NCBI GenBank assembly: GCA_040753015.1
Contig: JBFMHM010000005.1
Span: 14,730 to 78,729, forward strand
DNA length: 64,000 nucleotides
Direction of reading: 5' to 3'
Source of the DNA: Candidatus Omnitrophota bacterium
GTDB lineage: Bacteria > Omnitrophota > Gorgyraeia > Gygaellales > JBFMHM01
The notes beneath the pieces were generated by a model. That model ran no database searches. It was not told the origin of the DNA and saw only the letters and a program-made list of their open reading frames with translations. The translations under genes were made by a program, and so were the position numbers. The first letter of the stretch is position 1. Each line of letters starts with the position of its first letter. This document shows, one piece after another, positions 28,115-37,534 of the stretch.

Positions 28115-29616
28115 TATCTTCCTTTTATAAATGCCGCAAGAAAGCCCGCAAAGGCAAAAACCGATATCAACTCTAAGCGGCCTGCCCACATCTCGATTAT
28201 ATAAGTTATTTTTAATATCGTCGGCATACTTACATCAGTAATCCCGCAAGAAAACCCAACATTAGCTGCGGCAGACGTTGATTCAAAAATGGCTTCTAAA
28301 AAGGGGTAGCCTAACCAAACCCCCACTAAAGCGCCCACTCCATAAATAAAAAAGTACCCTAACGTAATCATTAAAACCGTCCGCACTTGCGCATCCTCAA
28401 TAAACATCGTTCTTATATGATGAAATTTTTGTGATACTACAGCCGTACCAGGAAGTATCATTTTTTTTAAATCTTCTTTTAACGCTTGATAAATAATCCC
28501 AATACGTAACATTTTAATGCCACCGGCTGTAGAACAAGTACAACCGCCTAACGCCATAGCAATAATTAACCCCATTAGAGCAAAATCTCCCCACTCTTTA
28601 ATAAATTGTTGGGCATACACTGTCATATAGCCCGTAGTGCTATGAGCAGAAATAATATGAAAAAAACCTTTTCTAAATAACGTCATTGCTCCAGAGTAAA
28701 CACCAAAATAATTTAAACCAGCCAAAATAATCAATGATACTAACATAATAATAAACAAGAAAGTTCTGGTTTCAATATTTTTCCAAATTTCTTTATAGTT
28801 GCCACGCCAAAATTGATAATGTAAATTAAAATTAAGCGATCCTAAGACCATAAATACTATTACAATAATTTCGAGAAACAAACTATGATAATAAAGAATA
28901 CTTTGTGATTGCGGCGTAAAACCTGCGGTATCAAACCCTGCCATAAAAATACATGCCCCGTGAAAAAAGGCATTTTGCGGTTTTAATCCAATATAAACAC
29001 CAACACATCCTAATATAATTGTACCTAATATTAAATATAGAACACTAACTAACCAGATAAACCGCGCTGTGTGCATAATATTAGGCACTAACTTTTCATC
29101 TCGAGCTTCTCCTGCATATATTTTTAGAGCGCTGCTGCCTTTAACCAAAAAAGAAATTGCAATGATTGCTATTCCTTGGCCACCAATAAAAGGCCCTAGA
29201 TGGCGCCATAAATTATGTGTTTTTGATAAATGATCTAAGTCTTGTACTAGGGTAAGCCCAGTCGTAGTAAACCCTGACATAGTTTCAAAACAAGCATCAA
29301 GAAAAGAATTATAATGCCCGCTTAAAAACAATGGTATTGCTCCTACTGCCATTGCTGCAAGCCAAGAAAGAGAAACTACGACCATAGCCTGAACATTGTT
29401 TAAATCGTGCTTGCTATAACAAACTTTGCTTAAAATTAGGCCTATAATTATTGTAATTTCAGCGCTTACTAAAAAATTTAATGCCGGATTTGGTTCTTTA
29501 AATAAAACTAAACCTAAAATAAAAGGCACAAGCATAGCTATCCCTAGCCCTAATAAAATTTTTCCTAGATAATAACCTATATTTTTAATATCTCTTAATT
29601 GCGGCTTTAGTATCAT
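28114..29616 (-). CDS. trkH: Trk/Ktr-type potassium uptake membrane subunit (TrkH/KtrB)
   Basis: 500-aa polytopic protein with repeated M-P-M pore-like segments and GFTTTG-like selectivity motifs. Confidence 0.8.
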   Translation of the reverse strand: MILKPQLRDIKNIGYYLGKILLGLGIAMLVPFILGLVLFKEPNPALNFLVSAEITIIIGLILSKVCYSKHDLNNVQAMVVVSLSWLAAMAVGAIPLFLSGHYNSFLDACFETMSGFTTTGLTLVQDLDHLSKTHNLWRHLGPFIGGQGIAIIAISFLVKGSSALKIYAGEARDEKLVPNIMHTARFIWLVSVLYLILGTIILGCVGVYIGLKPQNAFFHGACIFMAGFDTAGFTPQSQSILYYHSLFLEIIVIVFMVLGSLNFNLHYQFWRGNYKEIWKNIETRTFLFIIMLVSLIILAGLNYFGVYSGAMTLFRKGFFHIISAHSTTGYMTVYAQQFIKEWGDFALMGLIIAMALGGCTCSTAGGIKMLRIGIIYQALKEDLKKMILPGTAVVSQKFHHIRTMFIEDAQVRTVLMITLGYFFIYGVGALVGVWLGYPFLEAIFESTSAAANVGFSCGITDVSMPTILKITYIIEMWAGRLELISVFAFAGFLAAFIKGR

Positions 29617-29641
29617 TTTAAATATCCCATATTATGAAGAA

Positions 29642-29668
29642 AAGCCAGAGAAATAATTTCTCTGGCTT
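29642..29668 (-). terminator. Rho-independent terminator-like hairpin downstream of the KdpE-like regulator gene
   Basis: Perfect inverted repeat aagccagagaaa-taat-ttctctggctt followed by a T-rich tail on the minus strand. Confidence 0.6.
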
Positions 29669-29753
29669 AGAATATATTCTATATATTTAGGTTACTCTTA
29701 TGTATATACAAAGACAAGTCAAAAAAAGGTCAAAATTTACTTTTTTTAGATAG

Positions 29754-30455
29754 TTAATCTTCGCTTCGGAGACGATAACCAATACCTGGTTCGGTTAATA
29801 TATAGGTTGGCCTATCTGGATTGGGTTCGATTTTACTGCGTAGATTGCTAATAGTTACCCGCAAGAGGTGCAGAATTCCTTCAAAATTTTCACTTTTATT
29901 CCAGATTTGACGCAATATTTGTGTGTGAGTTAACACCTTGCCTGAATTTAAAACAAGTAATTTAAGAATATCGTATTCTGTAGGCGTTAAATCCACTTTA
30001 TTACTATTAATTGTTACAGAATGTCTAGTAACATCCACACAAAGTTTACCCACGCAAATAATCTGTTCTTTATCTTGGGACAAAAGACGCCGTACAACTG
30101 CTCTAAGACGAGCTAAAAGTTCTTGATTAGAAAACGGCTTAGTTAAATAATCATCGGCCCCTGCATCAAGCGCAGAAATCTTATCTGAAACATTTTCTCT
30201 AACAGAAAGAATCACTATAGGCACTTTAGAATGTTTACGGATATTTTTAATCACATTAATTCCATCCATATCCCCTAACCCAAGATCAAGCACAATAGCA
30301 TCCGGATGCACCGATACAGATTTTTCTAGCGCCTCCCTTGCAGTCACAGCTTCAAAAACATTGTATCCAGACGAGGAAAGCGTTATTTTCAAAAATTGCC
30401 TAATCGGCTTTTCATCGTCAACCACAAGTATTCTTAATGTAGATTTTTCTGTCAT
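29754..30455 (-). CDS. OmpR-family response regulator (KdpE-like)
   Basis: REC domain with D at LVVDDE / VLDLGLGDMDG. C-terminal winged helix. Confidence 0.75.
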   Translation of the reverse strand: MTEKSTLRILVVDDEKPIRQFLKITLSSSGYNVFEAVTAREALEKSVSVHPDAIVLDLGLGDMDGINVIKNIRKHSKVPIVILSVRENVSDKISALDAGADDYLTKPFSNQELLARLRAVVRRLLSQDKEQIICVGKLCVDVTRHSVTINSNKVDLTPTEYDILKLLVLNSGKVLTHTQILRQIWNKSENFEGILHLLRVTISNLRSKIEPNPDRPTYILTEPGIGYRLRSED

Positions 30456-31477
30456 GTATTTTTTAAGGGAAGGGTTATAATAAAGGTTGCTCCTAAACCA
30501 GTGTTATTTTTAGCCGTAATCTCTCCGCCATGAGCCTCAATAATCCCTTTACAAATAGAAAGCCCTAAACCAATTCCTGTTATGTTTTTTAATTTTTCAG
30601 CACGGTAAAATTTATCAAAAATATGTTTAAGATCTTCTTGTGAAACTCCAAATCCCTGATCTTTAATTTCAATTTTTACACTATCTCTAACTATAGTCGC
30701 TTTTATATCTATCGGCGTATCCAAAGGTGAATATTTAAGCGCATTATCAATTAAATTACAAAATACCTTCATCATAAAAGAAAAATCCATAGATATTTCT
30801 GGAAAATCATTAGGAATATCTATGTTAATATTTCTAGATCCTATTTTATCCTTTAATTGTTCAAGAGACGCCCCTATAATATCCCTTAATTCGCAAGGTT
30901 TAGGGTTAAGTTTTAATGCCCCTGCTTCCATTTTTGTCATATCCAAAAGATTACTTACAAGATCATTAAGGCGGTTAGCCTCCCCTAATGAATTATATAA
31001 GAGCTCTTTAGAGGTAGCGCTGTTTAATACAGAGCTATCATCTAATAAAGTAGTTAATGACCCGGTAATTGAAGCAAGCGGAGTCCTTAAATCATGAGAT
31101 ATTGAATTCAAAAGTGCAGACTGAAGTTTTTCTGTTTGGCGCTGGATAACCTGTTCTCTTATTTTTGATGCAAGGATACTTACCACAATGCCAACAATTA
31201 AAAAAGCTATAAAAGTAAAAATATATTGAAGATCTCCAACTCCTAACGTTAAATAAGGGTGTACAAGAAAAAAATCAAATGCAAGAACACTCAATATTGA
31301 AGTTACAATGGCTGGCCCTTGCCCAAAACGGATGGCGATAAATACAACAGCAAAAAGATAAAACATTACAAGATTGGTTGGCTCAAGGCTTCTTTTAACA
31401 AGCTCGCCAAAGATAGTAGTAACAAAAATAAGCCCGACACTTATTATGTATGGACAAATCTTAAATTTTTTAGCCAT
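30452..31477 (-). CDS. Sensor histidine kinase resembling the C-terminal (4-TM + kinase) half of KdpD; the N-terminal KdpD/Usp domains are absent
   Basis: N-terminal four hydrophobic helices, then H-box SHDLRTPLASI and HATPase motifs GLGLSICKGIIEAHGG. The gene overlaps the regulator gene. Confidence 0.7.
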   Translation of the reverse strand: MAKKFKICPYIISVGLIFVTTIFGELVKRSLEPTNLVMFYLFAVVFIAIRFGQGPAIVTSILSVLAFDFFLVHPYLTLGVGDLQYIFTFIAFLIVGIVVSILASKIREQVIQRQTEKLQSALLNSISHDLRTPLASITGSLTTLLDDSSVLNSATSKELLYNSLGEANRLNDLVSNLLDMTKMEAGALKLNPKPCELRDIIGASLEQLKDKIGSRNINIDIPNDFPEISMDFSFMMKVFCNLIDNALKYSPLDTPIDIKATIVRDSVKIEIKDQGFGVSQEDLKHIFDKFYRAEKLKNITGIGLGLSICKGIIEAHGGEITAKNNTGLGATFIITLPLKNT

Positions 31478-31503
31478 AGGTTTAGATTTTTTATAAACTC
31501 TAA

Positions 31504-32616
31504 TTAAGAAATTGGCAAGTAAAAGTAAAATTTTGAGCCAAGGCCTTCAGTACTTTCAACGCCAACACTACCGCCGTGCAAGTCAATAATATGCTTTACA
31601 ATAGAAAGCCCTAGGCCTGTTCCGCCAAGCTCGCGCGAACGCGCGCGATCAACACGATAGAAACGTTCAAAAATACGCGGAATGTCTTTTTCGGGAATGC
31701 CTGAACCAGAATCTTCGATTATAATTTTAATTTTATTACCAATTTCTTTACCGGTAATCTTTATAAAACCACTCTCTTTGTTAAATTTAATTGCGTTGTC
31801 AATAAGATTTATTAATACTTGTTCTAATCGCTCTTTATCAGCATTTACAAATAAATCTTCTTTTAACTCATTTATTACCTGTATATTTTTCTTTTCTAAT
31901 CGAGCTTTAAAATCTAATAATATTCTATGGCTAAACTGTTTTAAATTAATAGGCCTAGGATTTAATTTTATCTCTTTAGATTCGAGCCCCGCCAAAGCCA
32001 AAAGGTCATTTATTAAATTATCAAACCTATCTGCCTGCTCTTTAATGATTGTCAAAAATTGTTTGGCATTTTCTTTATCATCAATTGCTCCCTCAAGCAA
32101 TGTTTCGATAAACCCTTTTATAGAGGTAAGTGGCGTGCGAAGTTCATGTGAGACATTTGCCACAAAATCTCTTCTGGTATTTTCAAGTTTTTTTAGTTCA
32201 GTAATATCATGGATTACTAATAAACATCCGTTTATATCATCATTTTCAAATATAGGGGATGCATTAATATGGAAAACTTTTACAAGCGGCCAAATAAGCG
32301 GTAGTTCTTTTGATATAAATTGTTTTTTTTCTAAAACGTCATTAATTAATTCTAAAATATCATTATTAGGTATCGCTTCCAGAAAAAATTTACCAAAAAC
32401 TTTTTCTTGCTCTATATTAAATATTTTCTCTGCGGTAGCATTACAAGAGATTAACTTTACATCTTTATCAAGGATAACTACACCCTCAATCATACTATTT
32501 AAAATAGTATGCGCAGTAAGAGTTTGTTTTTCTAATTCCTTAATTTTTATGTTTGCTTGGTCTATTTTCGCTAATAGTTCATCAATACGCTTTTGAAACC
32601 TTGCCCTAAAAAACAT
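31504..32616 (-). CDS. Soluble PAS-domain sensor histidine kinase (PhoR-like)
   Basis: PAS segment. H-box SHELRTPLTSI. GTGLGLSIVKHIIDLHGG. No TM helix. Confidence 0.7.
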   Translation of the reverse strand: MFFRARFQKRIDELLAKIDQANIKIKELEKQTLTAHTILNSMIEGVVILDKDVKLISCNATAEKIFNIEQEKVFGKFFLEAIPNNDILELINDVLEKKQFISKELPLIWPLVKVFHINASPIFENDDINGCLLVIHDITELKKLENTRRDFVANVSHELRTPLTSIKGFIETLLEGAIDDKENAKQFLTIIKEQADRFDNLINDLLALAGLESKEIKLNPRPINLKQFSHRILLDFKARLEKKNIQVINELKEDLFVNADKERLEQVLINLIDNAIKFNKESGFIKITGKEIGNKIKIIIEDSGSGIPEKDIPRIFERFYRVDRARSRELGGTGLGLSIVKHIIDLHGGSVGVESTEGLGSKFYFYLPIS

Positions 32617-33312
32617 CTATATCTCCATATCAAACCTATAACCATAATTTTTAACTGTCGTTATTCGCTGAGCATAGTTTTTCAGTTTTTTTCGCAGTGT
32701 CCTTATATGAACATCCACTGTACGGGTTTGAATTTCTAACGAATGATCAAAACCCCAAATATTGTTAAGTAGAAAGTCGCGCGACAATACTCTACCATTT
32801 GCTTTTATTAATGTTTTCAATAATTCAAACTCTTTTGAAGTTAATTCAATTTGTTTATCTTTTATGCTTACCTGAATTTTAGAGAAATCGACTAACAAAT
32901 CACCTATTTTAAATATTTCTTTTGGCAACTCTTTTTCCTTGGCGCGCCTAAGGATAGCCTTTATGCGTAAAATAAGCTCGCGGGGGCTAAAAGGTTTGGT
33001 TATATAATCATCGGCGCCAAGCTCAAAGCCAATAACTTTATCCACTTCTTCGCCTTTTGCTGTAAGCATAATAATTGGAGTATGTTTTAATCTTGGATTT
33101 TCTTTTATATTACGGCAGGCCTCGAGGCCTGACATGCCAGGAAGCATAATATCAAGAATAATTAGGTCTATTTTTTGCTTTTCCAAAAGACTTAAGGCGC
33201 CTTCTGCGTCATTTGCTATAAATGAATCGAACCCAGCTTTACCTAAGTTATAATCAATTAATTTAACGATATGTTTATCATCTTCGACAATTAAGATTTT
33301 TTCTTTAGGCAT
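32617..33312 (-). CDS. OmpR-family response regulator (PhoB-like)
   Basis: REC domain plus a winged-helix C-terminus with the PhoB-like ending VWGFD...RTVDVHIRTLRKKL. Confidence 0.75.
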   Translation of the reverse strand: MPKEKILIVEDDKHIVKLIDYNLGKAGFDSFIANDAEGALSLLEKQKIDLIILDIMLPGMSGLEACRNIKENPRLKHTPIIMLTAKGEEVDKVIGFELGADDYITKPFSPRELILRIKAILRRAKEKELPKEIFKIGDLLVDFSKIQVSIKDKQIELTSKEFELLKTLIKANGRVLSRDFLLNNIWGFDHSLEIQTRTVDVHIRTLRKKLKNYAQRITTVKNYGYRFDMEI

Positions 33313-33317
33313 AACTA

Positions 33318-34202
33318 TTAAACGCCAAGAAACAACTTGAGCATTGCGCTGTATTTAGCACTAGTCTCATCAACAATTTCCTTGGGTAGTTCTGGGGCAG
33401 GAGGAGTTTTATTCCAATCTAATGTCTCTAAATAATCACGCACAAATTGCTTATCAAAACTTGCCTGAGGAGCACCAGGTTTATATTCACTAATCGGCCA
33501 GAAGCGCGAAGAATCAGGCGTAAGAACTTCATCGATAAGAATTATTTCGTTATCATAAATACCAAATTCGAATTTCGTATCGGCAATAATTATTCCGTGT
33601 TTCTCGGCATAAGAACCTGCTTTCTTATAAATGGCTAAACTTAATTCTCTTAATCTACCTGTGGTATCTTTACCTATTTTACTTTCAACATACTCGGAAG
33701 AAACATTAATATCATGCCCCACTTCTTCTTTAGTTGAAGGAGTAAAAATAGCTTCGGGCAATTTATCGGATTCTTTAAGCCCAGATGGCAATTTTATTCC
33801 GCAGATACTTTGAGTTTTCTGATATTCTTTCCATCCTGAACCAGACAAATATCCTCTCACAATACATTCTACAGGAATAGAGTTAGCTTTTTTAACCAGC
33901 ATCGAACGATCACGTAATATTTCCTTATATTTTTCTACCTCTTTTGGGTATTCATCTATATTTGCAGTAATTAGATGGTTAGGGACAATATCACGGGTCA
34001 GCTCAAACCAAAACAAGCTTAAACGCGTTAAAATTTCACCTTTTTTAGGAATACAGGTAGGCAGCACTACGTCAAAACAGGATATTCTATCGGTAGAAAT
34101 AACTAAGAGTTTATCATCTAAATCATATACATCGCGAACTTTACCACGACGAAAAAACTTTAAATCTTTAAAATCTGTTTTTGCTACTGTATTTACCTGC
34201 AT
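33318..34202 (-). CDS. purC: Phosphoribosylaminoimidazole-succinocarboxamide (SAICAR) synthase, long form
   Basis: GKVRDVYDL motif and overall SAICAR synthetase pattern. Length is 294 aa. Confidence 0.85.
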   Translation of the reverse strand: MQVNTVAKTDFKDLKFFRRGKVRDVYDLDDKLLVISTDRISCFDVVLPTCIPKKGEILTRLSLFWFELTRDIVPNHLITANIDEYPKEVEKYKEILRDRSMLVKKANSIPVECIVRGYLSGSGWKEYQKTQSICGIKLPSGLKESDKLPEAIFTPSTKEEVGHDINVSSEYVESKIGKDTTGRLRELSLAIYKKAGSYAEKHGIIIADTKFEFGIYDNEIILIDEVLTPDSSRFWPISEYKPGAPQASFDKQFVRDYLETLDWNKTPPAPELPKEIVDETSAKYSAMLKLFLGV

Positions 34203-35977
34203 TTATTTTTTAATTTAAGCTTTAGCGCATTAAATTCATTCCATAATTCATCTGGTAAATCCTTACTAAATTGCTTAAAAAAATCACTTATTCTTGCGAG
34301 CTCCTCAAGCCAATCTTTTTTGTCTATAGTAAAAAGCTTTTCTAAAACTTTGCCTGATAAGTCTAAGCCGGTCATATCAATATCTTCGAAATTAGGAATA
34401 TATCCTATAGGGGTTTCTTGAGCACTAACCTTATTGTTGCAACGATCTATTATCCATTCTAAAATCCTTAGGTTATCTCCGTAACCTGGCCATAAAAATT
34501 TTCCCTGATTATCGGTTTTAAACCAATTAACATGAAAAATTTTTGGAGCCCTTTTCATACGCTTACCCATATTTAACCAATGAGAAAAATACTCTGCCAT
34601 GTTATAACCGCAAAAAGGAAGCATTGCCATCGGATCTCTGCGAACCTCGCCAATTTTTCCTACTTGAGCTGCGGTCCTTTCTGATGCCATAGTAGCACCA
34701 ACAAATACTCCATGCTGCCAATTAAATGCTTCATAAACTAGAGGCGCAAGATGTGCGCGCCTGCCACCAAAAACAATTGCTGAAATTGGAACTCCATGAT
34801 GCTGCTCGAGCCTAAAAGTTGATGATGGACATTGCTTTATTGGTGTAGTGAAACGACTATTTGGATGAGCGCCTAAGATTTTTTTGCCGTCTTTATCTAG
34901 TGCGCCCGGATACCATGGCCTTCCTTGCCAATCAGTGCCACTTTGCGGCACTTCCCCATCTGCACCCTCCCACCAAACAGTACCATCTGGCTTTAATAGA
35001 ACATTTGTATAAATTGTATTTTTTTGAATAGTTTTAACCATATTGGGGTTTGATTTTGAATTAGTCCCTGGCGCTACCCCAAAAAAACCAGTCTCAGGAT
35101 TAATTGCCCAAAGAGAACCATCAGAATCTATACGCATCCAGGCAATATCATCACCTACAGTCCATATACGATAACCTTTTCTCTTTAATCCTTCTGGAGG
35201 AACAAGCATAGCTAGATTTGTTTTTCCACAAGCACTAGGAAAAGCTGCGGCAACATATTCTATATGGCCATTGGGCTCTTCTATGCCCATAATGAGCATA
35301 TGTTCTGCAAGCCAATGCTCACGTTTACCTTGAAAACTCGCAATACGCAAAGATAAGCATTTTTTACCAAGTAATACGTTGCCTCCGTAACCTGATCCTA
35401 CACTCCAGATTGTGTTATCTTCAGGGAAATGTAGAATCAATCTTTTATCAATATCTAGTTCTGCTTTAGAATGCAGACATTTAGTAAAATTCGTGTTCTT
35501 TTTGATTTGTTCCAATACGCTTGAACCAACGCGTGTCATAATTAACATATTTAAAACAACATAACGTGAATCTGTTAATTCTACACCAACCCTAGAAAAC
35601 TCTGAACCTATAGGCCCCATCGAGAAAGGAATTACATACATCGTACGCCCCTTCATTGCACCTTTGAAAATCGCCCGTGCCTTTTTATATGCAAGGGACG
35701 GTTTCATCCAGTTATTATTTGGGCCTGCAGTATGTTTTTTCTTTGTACAAATATAGGTAAGATGTTCTGTGCGAGCAACATCGTTGACAGCAGTACGGTG
35801 CAAAAAGCAACCAGGTAATTTTTTTTGATTTAAAGGGATGAGCTCACCGGTTGTAATTGCTTCTTGCTGAAGTTGATTTTTTTGTTCATCTGAACCATCA
35901 ATCCATACAGCATTATCCGGTTGGCATAATTTTTGACAAGCATTAACCCATTTTTTTAACTCATTGAATTTTTTCAT
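34193..35977 (-). CDS. pckG: Phosphoenolpyruvate carboxykinase (GTP)
   Basis: 594 aa. Kinase-1a-like motif [14 protein letters not shown] and the PEPCK-GTP family pattern. Confidence 0.9.
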   Translation of the reverse strand: MKKFNELKKWVNACQKLCQPDNAVWIDGSDEQKNQLQQEAITTGELIPLNQKKLPGCFLHRTAVNDVARTEHLTYICTKKKHTAGPNNNWMKPSLAYKKARAIFKGAMKGRTMYVIPFSMGPIGSEFSRVGVELTDSRYVVLNMLIMTRVGSSVLEQIKKNTNFTKCLHSKAELDIDKRLILHFPEDNTIWSVGSGYGGNVLLGKKCLSLRIASFQGKREHWLAEHMLIMGIEEPNGHIEYVAAAFPSACGKTNLAMLVPPEGLKRKGYRIWTVGDDIAWMRIDSDGSLWAINPETGFFGVAPGTNSKSNPNMVKTIQKNTIYTNVLLKPDGTVWWEGADGEVPQSGTDWQGRPWYPGALDKDGKKILGAHPNSRFTTPIKQCPSSTFRLEQHHGVPISAIVFGGRRAHLAPLVYEAFNWQHGVFVGATMASERTAAQVGKIGEVRRDPMAMLPFCGYNMAEYFSHWLNMGKRMKRAPKIFHVNWFKTDNQGKFLWPGYGDNLRILEWIIDRCNNKVSAQETPIGYIPNFEDIDMTGLDLSGKVLEKLFTIDKKDWLEELARISDFFKQFSKDLPDELWNEFNALKLKLKNKCR

Positions 35978-35989
35978 TGCAATTGTGTA

Positions 35990-36068
35990 TGGCGGGGGCG
36001 ACGGGATTTGGACCCGCGATCTTCAGATCGACAATCTGACGCGTTAAACCAGGCTACGCTACGCCCCC
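35990..36068 (-). tRNA. tRNA-Asp (anticodon GUC)
   Basis: Manual cloverleaf: acceptor GGGGGCG/CGCCCCC, D arm GCGT...ACGC, anticodon stem TCAGA/TCTGA with loop TTGTCGA, T arm GCGGG-TCCAAAT-CCCGT, 3' GCCA encoded. Confidence 0.85.
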
Positions 36069-36086
36069 ATAAATACAGAGATAAGA

Positions 36087-36173
36087 TACAAGAATTAAGA
36101 TTTAAGAAAATCTTAAAACAAGATCTATGAAACAAAACTACAAGAATTAAGATTTAAGAAAATCTTAAAACAA
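36087..36173. repeat. Two perfect 35-bp direct repeats (tacaagaattaagatttaagaaaatcttaaaacaa), each containing a hairpin, immediately flanking the four-helix-bundle gene
   Basis: Copies at 36087-36121 and 36139-36173, identical by inspection. Each has the internal inverted repeat ttaagattt/aaatcttaa. Confidence 0.85.
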
Positions 36174-36200
36174 AACCGCCAAACATAAGAACTAAAAAAT

Positions 36201-36566
36201 TCATAAATCAGTTTTTAAAGTAAGTACTATTTTACTTAAAATTTTAATAACTTCAATATTTTCTTTTTCAATGCCTAATAACGGTTCGCTATTCGAAATT
36301 ATCTTGGCATCTTTAAAAATCTGTAGCCAATTATCAAATTCATAACTCGAATTGAGTGCAATCGTAAAATAAGATTCCTTATGTCTAATACTTGAAGCAC
36401 TATTACCTTCGGCAATGTTTGCTCCAATCGAAGTTGCTGCACCTAAACATTGATCAATAATTTTTGAATATTTTTGACTACAGTTATTCAGTAAATTAAT
36501 TATTAAAAGAGCATTTTTATGAGCCTTCTGCCAAACTATTAATTTTCGATATTGCGGCACATTCAT
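36201..36566 (-). CDS. Four-helix-bundle protein (TIGR02436-type; the family found inside 23S rRNA intervening sequences)
   Basis: LIVWQKAHKNALLI...QCLGAATSIGANIAEGNSASS...ESYFTIALNSSYEFDNWLQIF matches the family signature (S-I-x-A-N-I-A-E-G). Confidence 0.75.
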   Translation of the reverse strand: MNVPQYRKLIVWQKAHKNALLIINLLNNCSQKYSKIIDQCLGAATSIGANIAEGNSASSIRHKESYFTIALNSSYEFDNWLQIFKDAKIISNSEPLLGIEKENIEVIKILSKIVLTLKTDL

Positions 36567-36579
36567 AATCTAAGTTTTA

Positions 36580-36670
36580 AGATTTTTGTTTTCTTAAATC
36601 TTACTTCTTAACTTTTGAGTTTAAAAGTTTTTGATTTTATCTTAATTCTTAAATCTTATTTCTTAATTCT
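36580..36670. repeat. Hairpin-rich repeat block related in inverted orientation to the 36087-36173 repeats, on the other side of the four-helix-bundle gene
   Basis: Contains taagattt...aaatctta hairpins and agaattaaga / agatttaagaa segments, the reverse complement of motifs in 36087-36173. Confidence 0.6.
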
Positions 36671-36677
36671 GTATTAA

Positions 36678-36751
36678 TGGGCGCTAGAGGACTCGAACCC
36701 CTGACCCTCTCGGTGTAAACGAGATGCTCTAACCAACTGAGCTAAGCGCCC
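36678..36751 (-). tRNA. tRNA-Val (anticodon UAC)
   Basis: Manual cloverleaf: acceptor GGGCGCT/AGCGCCC, D arm GCTC-AGTTGGTTA-GAGC, anticodon stem TCTCG/CGAGA with loop TTTACAC, T arm AGGGG-TTCGAGT-CCTCT, discriminator A. CCA is not encoded. Confidence 0.85.
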
Positions 36752-36995
36752 TAACATCTACACTTTCATTTAAAAACTTTCTACCAACTCCGCTTTTAAG
36801 AAAATTTTCTCTTTTTCGCGCTTCTGTAATGTTTAAATATTGCTCTTTATAAATTAATTCGAAAGGACCATTTTCTTTAGTCCATTTATTAGAACCATAA
36901 TTATGTTGTTTAAGTCTATCTTCCGGTAAATTCTTAGTACTGCTTATATATCTCTTACCGTTACGTAAACTTTTTAAGACATAAACATAATACAT
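36729..36995 (-). CDS. Small GIY-YIG nuclease-domain protein; its 3' end overlaps the tRNA-Val gene
   Basis: YYVYVLKSLRNGKRYISSTKNLPEDRLKQHN...GPFELIY...EARKRENFLKSGVGRKFL, the GIY-YIG motif pattern. Confidence 0.7.
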   Translation of the reverse strand: MYYVYVLKSLRNGKRYISSTKNLPEDRLKQHNYGSNKWTKENGPFELIYKEQYLNITEARKRENFLKSGVGRKFLNESVDVRALSSVG

Positions 36996-37014
36996 GCTCT
37001 AACCTCCACCGGAG

Positions 37015-37034
37015 GCGGATCAGCCTCAGGCTGA
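37015..37034. repeat. Small palindromic dispersed repeat, copy A (core gcggatcagcctcaggctga)
   Basis: Core hairpin tcagcct-c-aggctga. The same 20-nt core recurs at 56292-56311 and 58666-58685. Confidence 0.75.
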
Positions 37035-37051
37035 AACTGAGCTAAGCGCCC
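37035..37051 (-). other. 17-nt duplicate of the tRNA-Val 5' end (GGGCGCTTAGCTCAGTT), an orphan fragment upstream of the GIY-YIG gene
   Basis: aactgagctaagcgccc is identical at 36735-36751 (inside the intact tRNA-Val) and 37035-37051. Confidence 0.7.
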
Positions 37052-37090
37052 CGATAGAACAGATGAAAGATTTAAAACAAATAATGAATT

Positions 37091-37531
37091 CTACGCTAAT
37101 TTACCTAAAACGCCTAAGGTAAATGCCATAACAAAAAGTGCGACTGTCTCAATAACGCCTAATACAACTATATAATTACCAAAACCTTTATTTGTTTCAC
37201 CCATAGCATCACTTGCCGCAGCAGCACATTTACCCTGCCAAAGCGCAGACATACCAATAGCTAAACCAGCAAAAATACCTAAACCCCAAAAATATTGCCC
37301 TTTCGCGGCAAGTTCGGCAATTTTATTCATTACGATCATTCCATAAATTGTCTGAGTAAGAGGCGCTCCAACAAAGGCAATTAACATAAAAGATGCTGTT
37401 TTATTTTGAGAAAAGCTTTTCTTCCAAGCGCCAATAGCTGCCATGCCAGCTATACCCGCACCCCAAGCTGAACCAATACCAGACAAAGCAAGCACAGCAA
37501 TCAAACCTAAATCCTTGAATTGCGCAAGCAT
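37091..37531 (-). CDS. ntpK: V-type ATPase proteolipid subunit K
   Basis: 146 aa, four hydrophobic helices, Gly-rich GIGSAWGAGIAG pattern. Confidence 0.8.
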   Translation of the reverse strand: MLAQFKDLGLIAVLALSGIGSAWGAGIAGMAAIGAWKKSFSQNKTASFMLIAFVGAPLTQTIYGMIVMNKIAELAAKGQYFWGLGIFAGLAIGMSALWQGKCAAAASDAMGETNKGFGNYIVVLGVIETVALFVMAFTLGVLGKLA

Positions 37532-37534
37532 TTT

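Noticed and set aside
27641-28189. ORF-track N-terminal extension of the BOF-like small protein (MGRPLRVDIGFCLCGLSCGIYKRKI...)
   Set aside because: The extension overlaps the C-terminus of trkH in another frame. A signal peptide begins at the internal Met (METKNLNILSFYLYFLLLPLLCYA), which overlaps the trkH stop.
31682-32596. 304-aa plus-strand ORF
   Set aside because: It is antisense to the PhoR-like histidine kinase, which has clear H-box and HATPase motifs. The S/F/I-rich translation is typical of AT-rich antisense frames.
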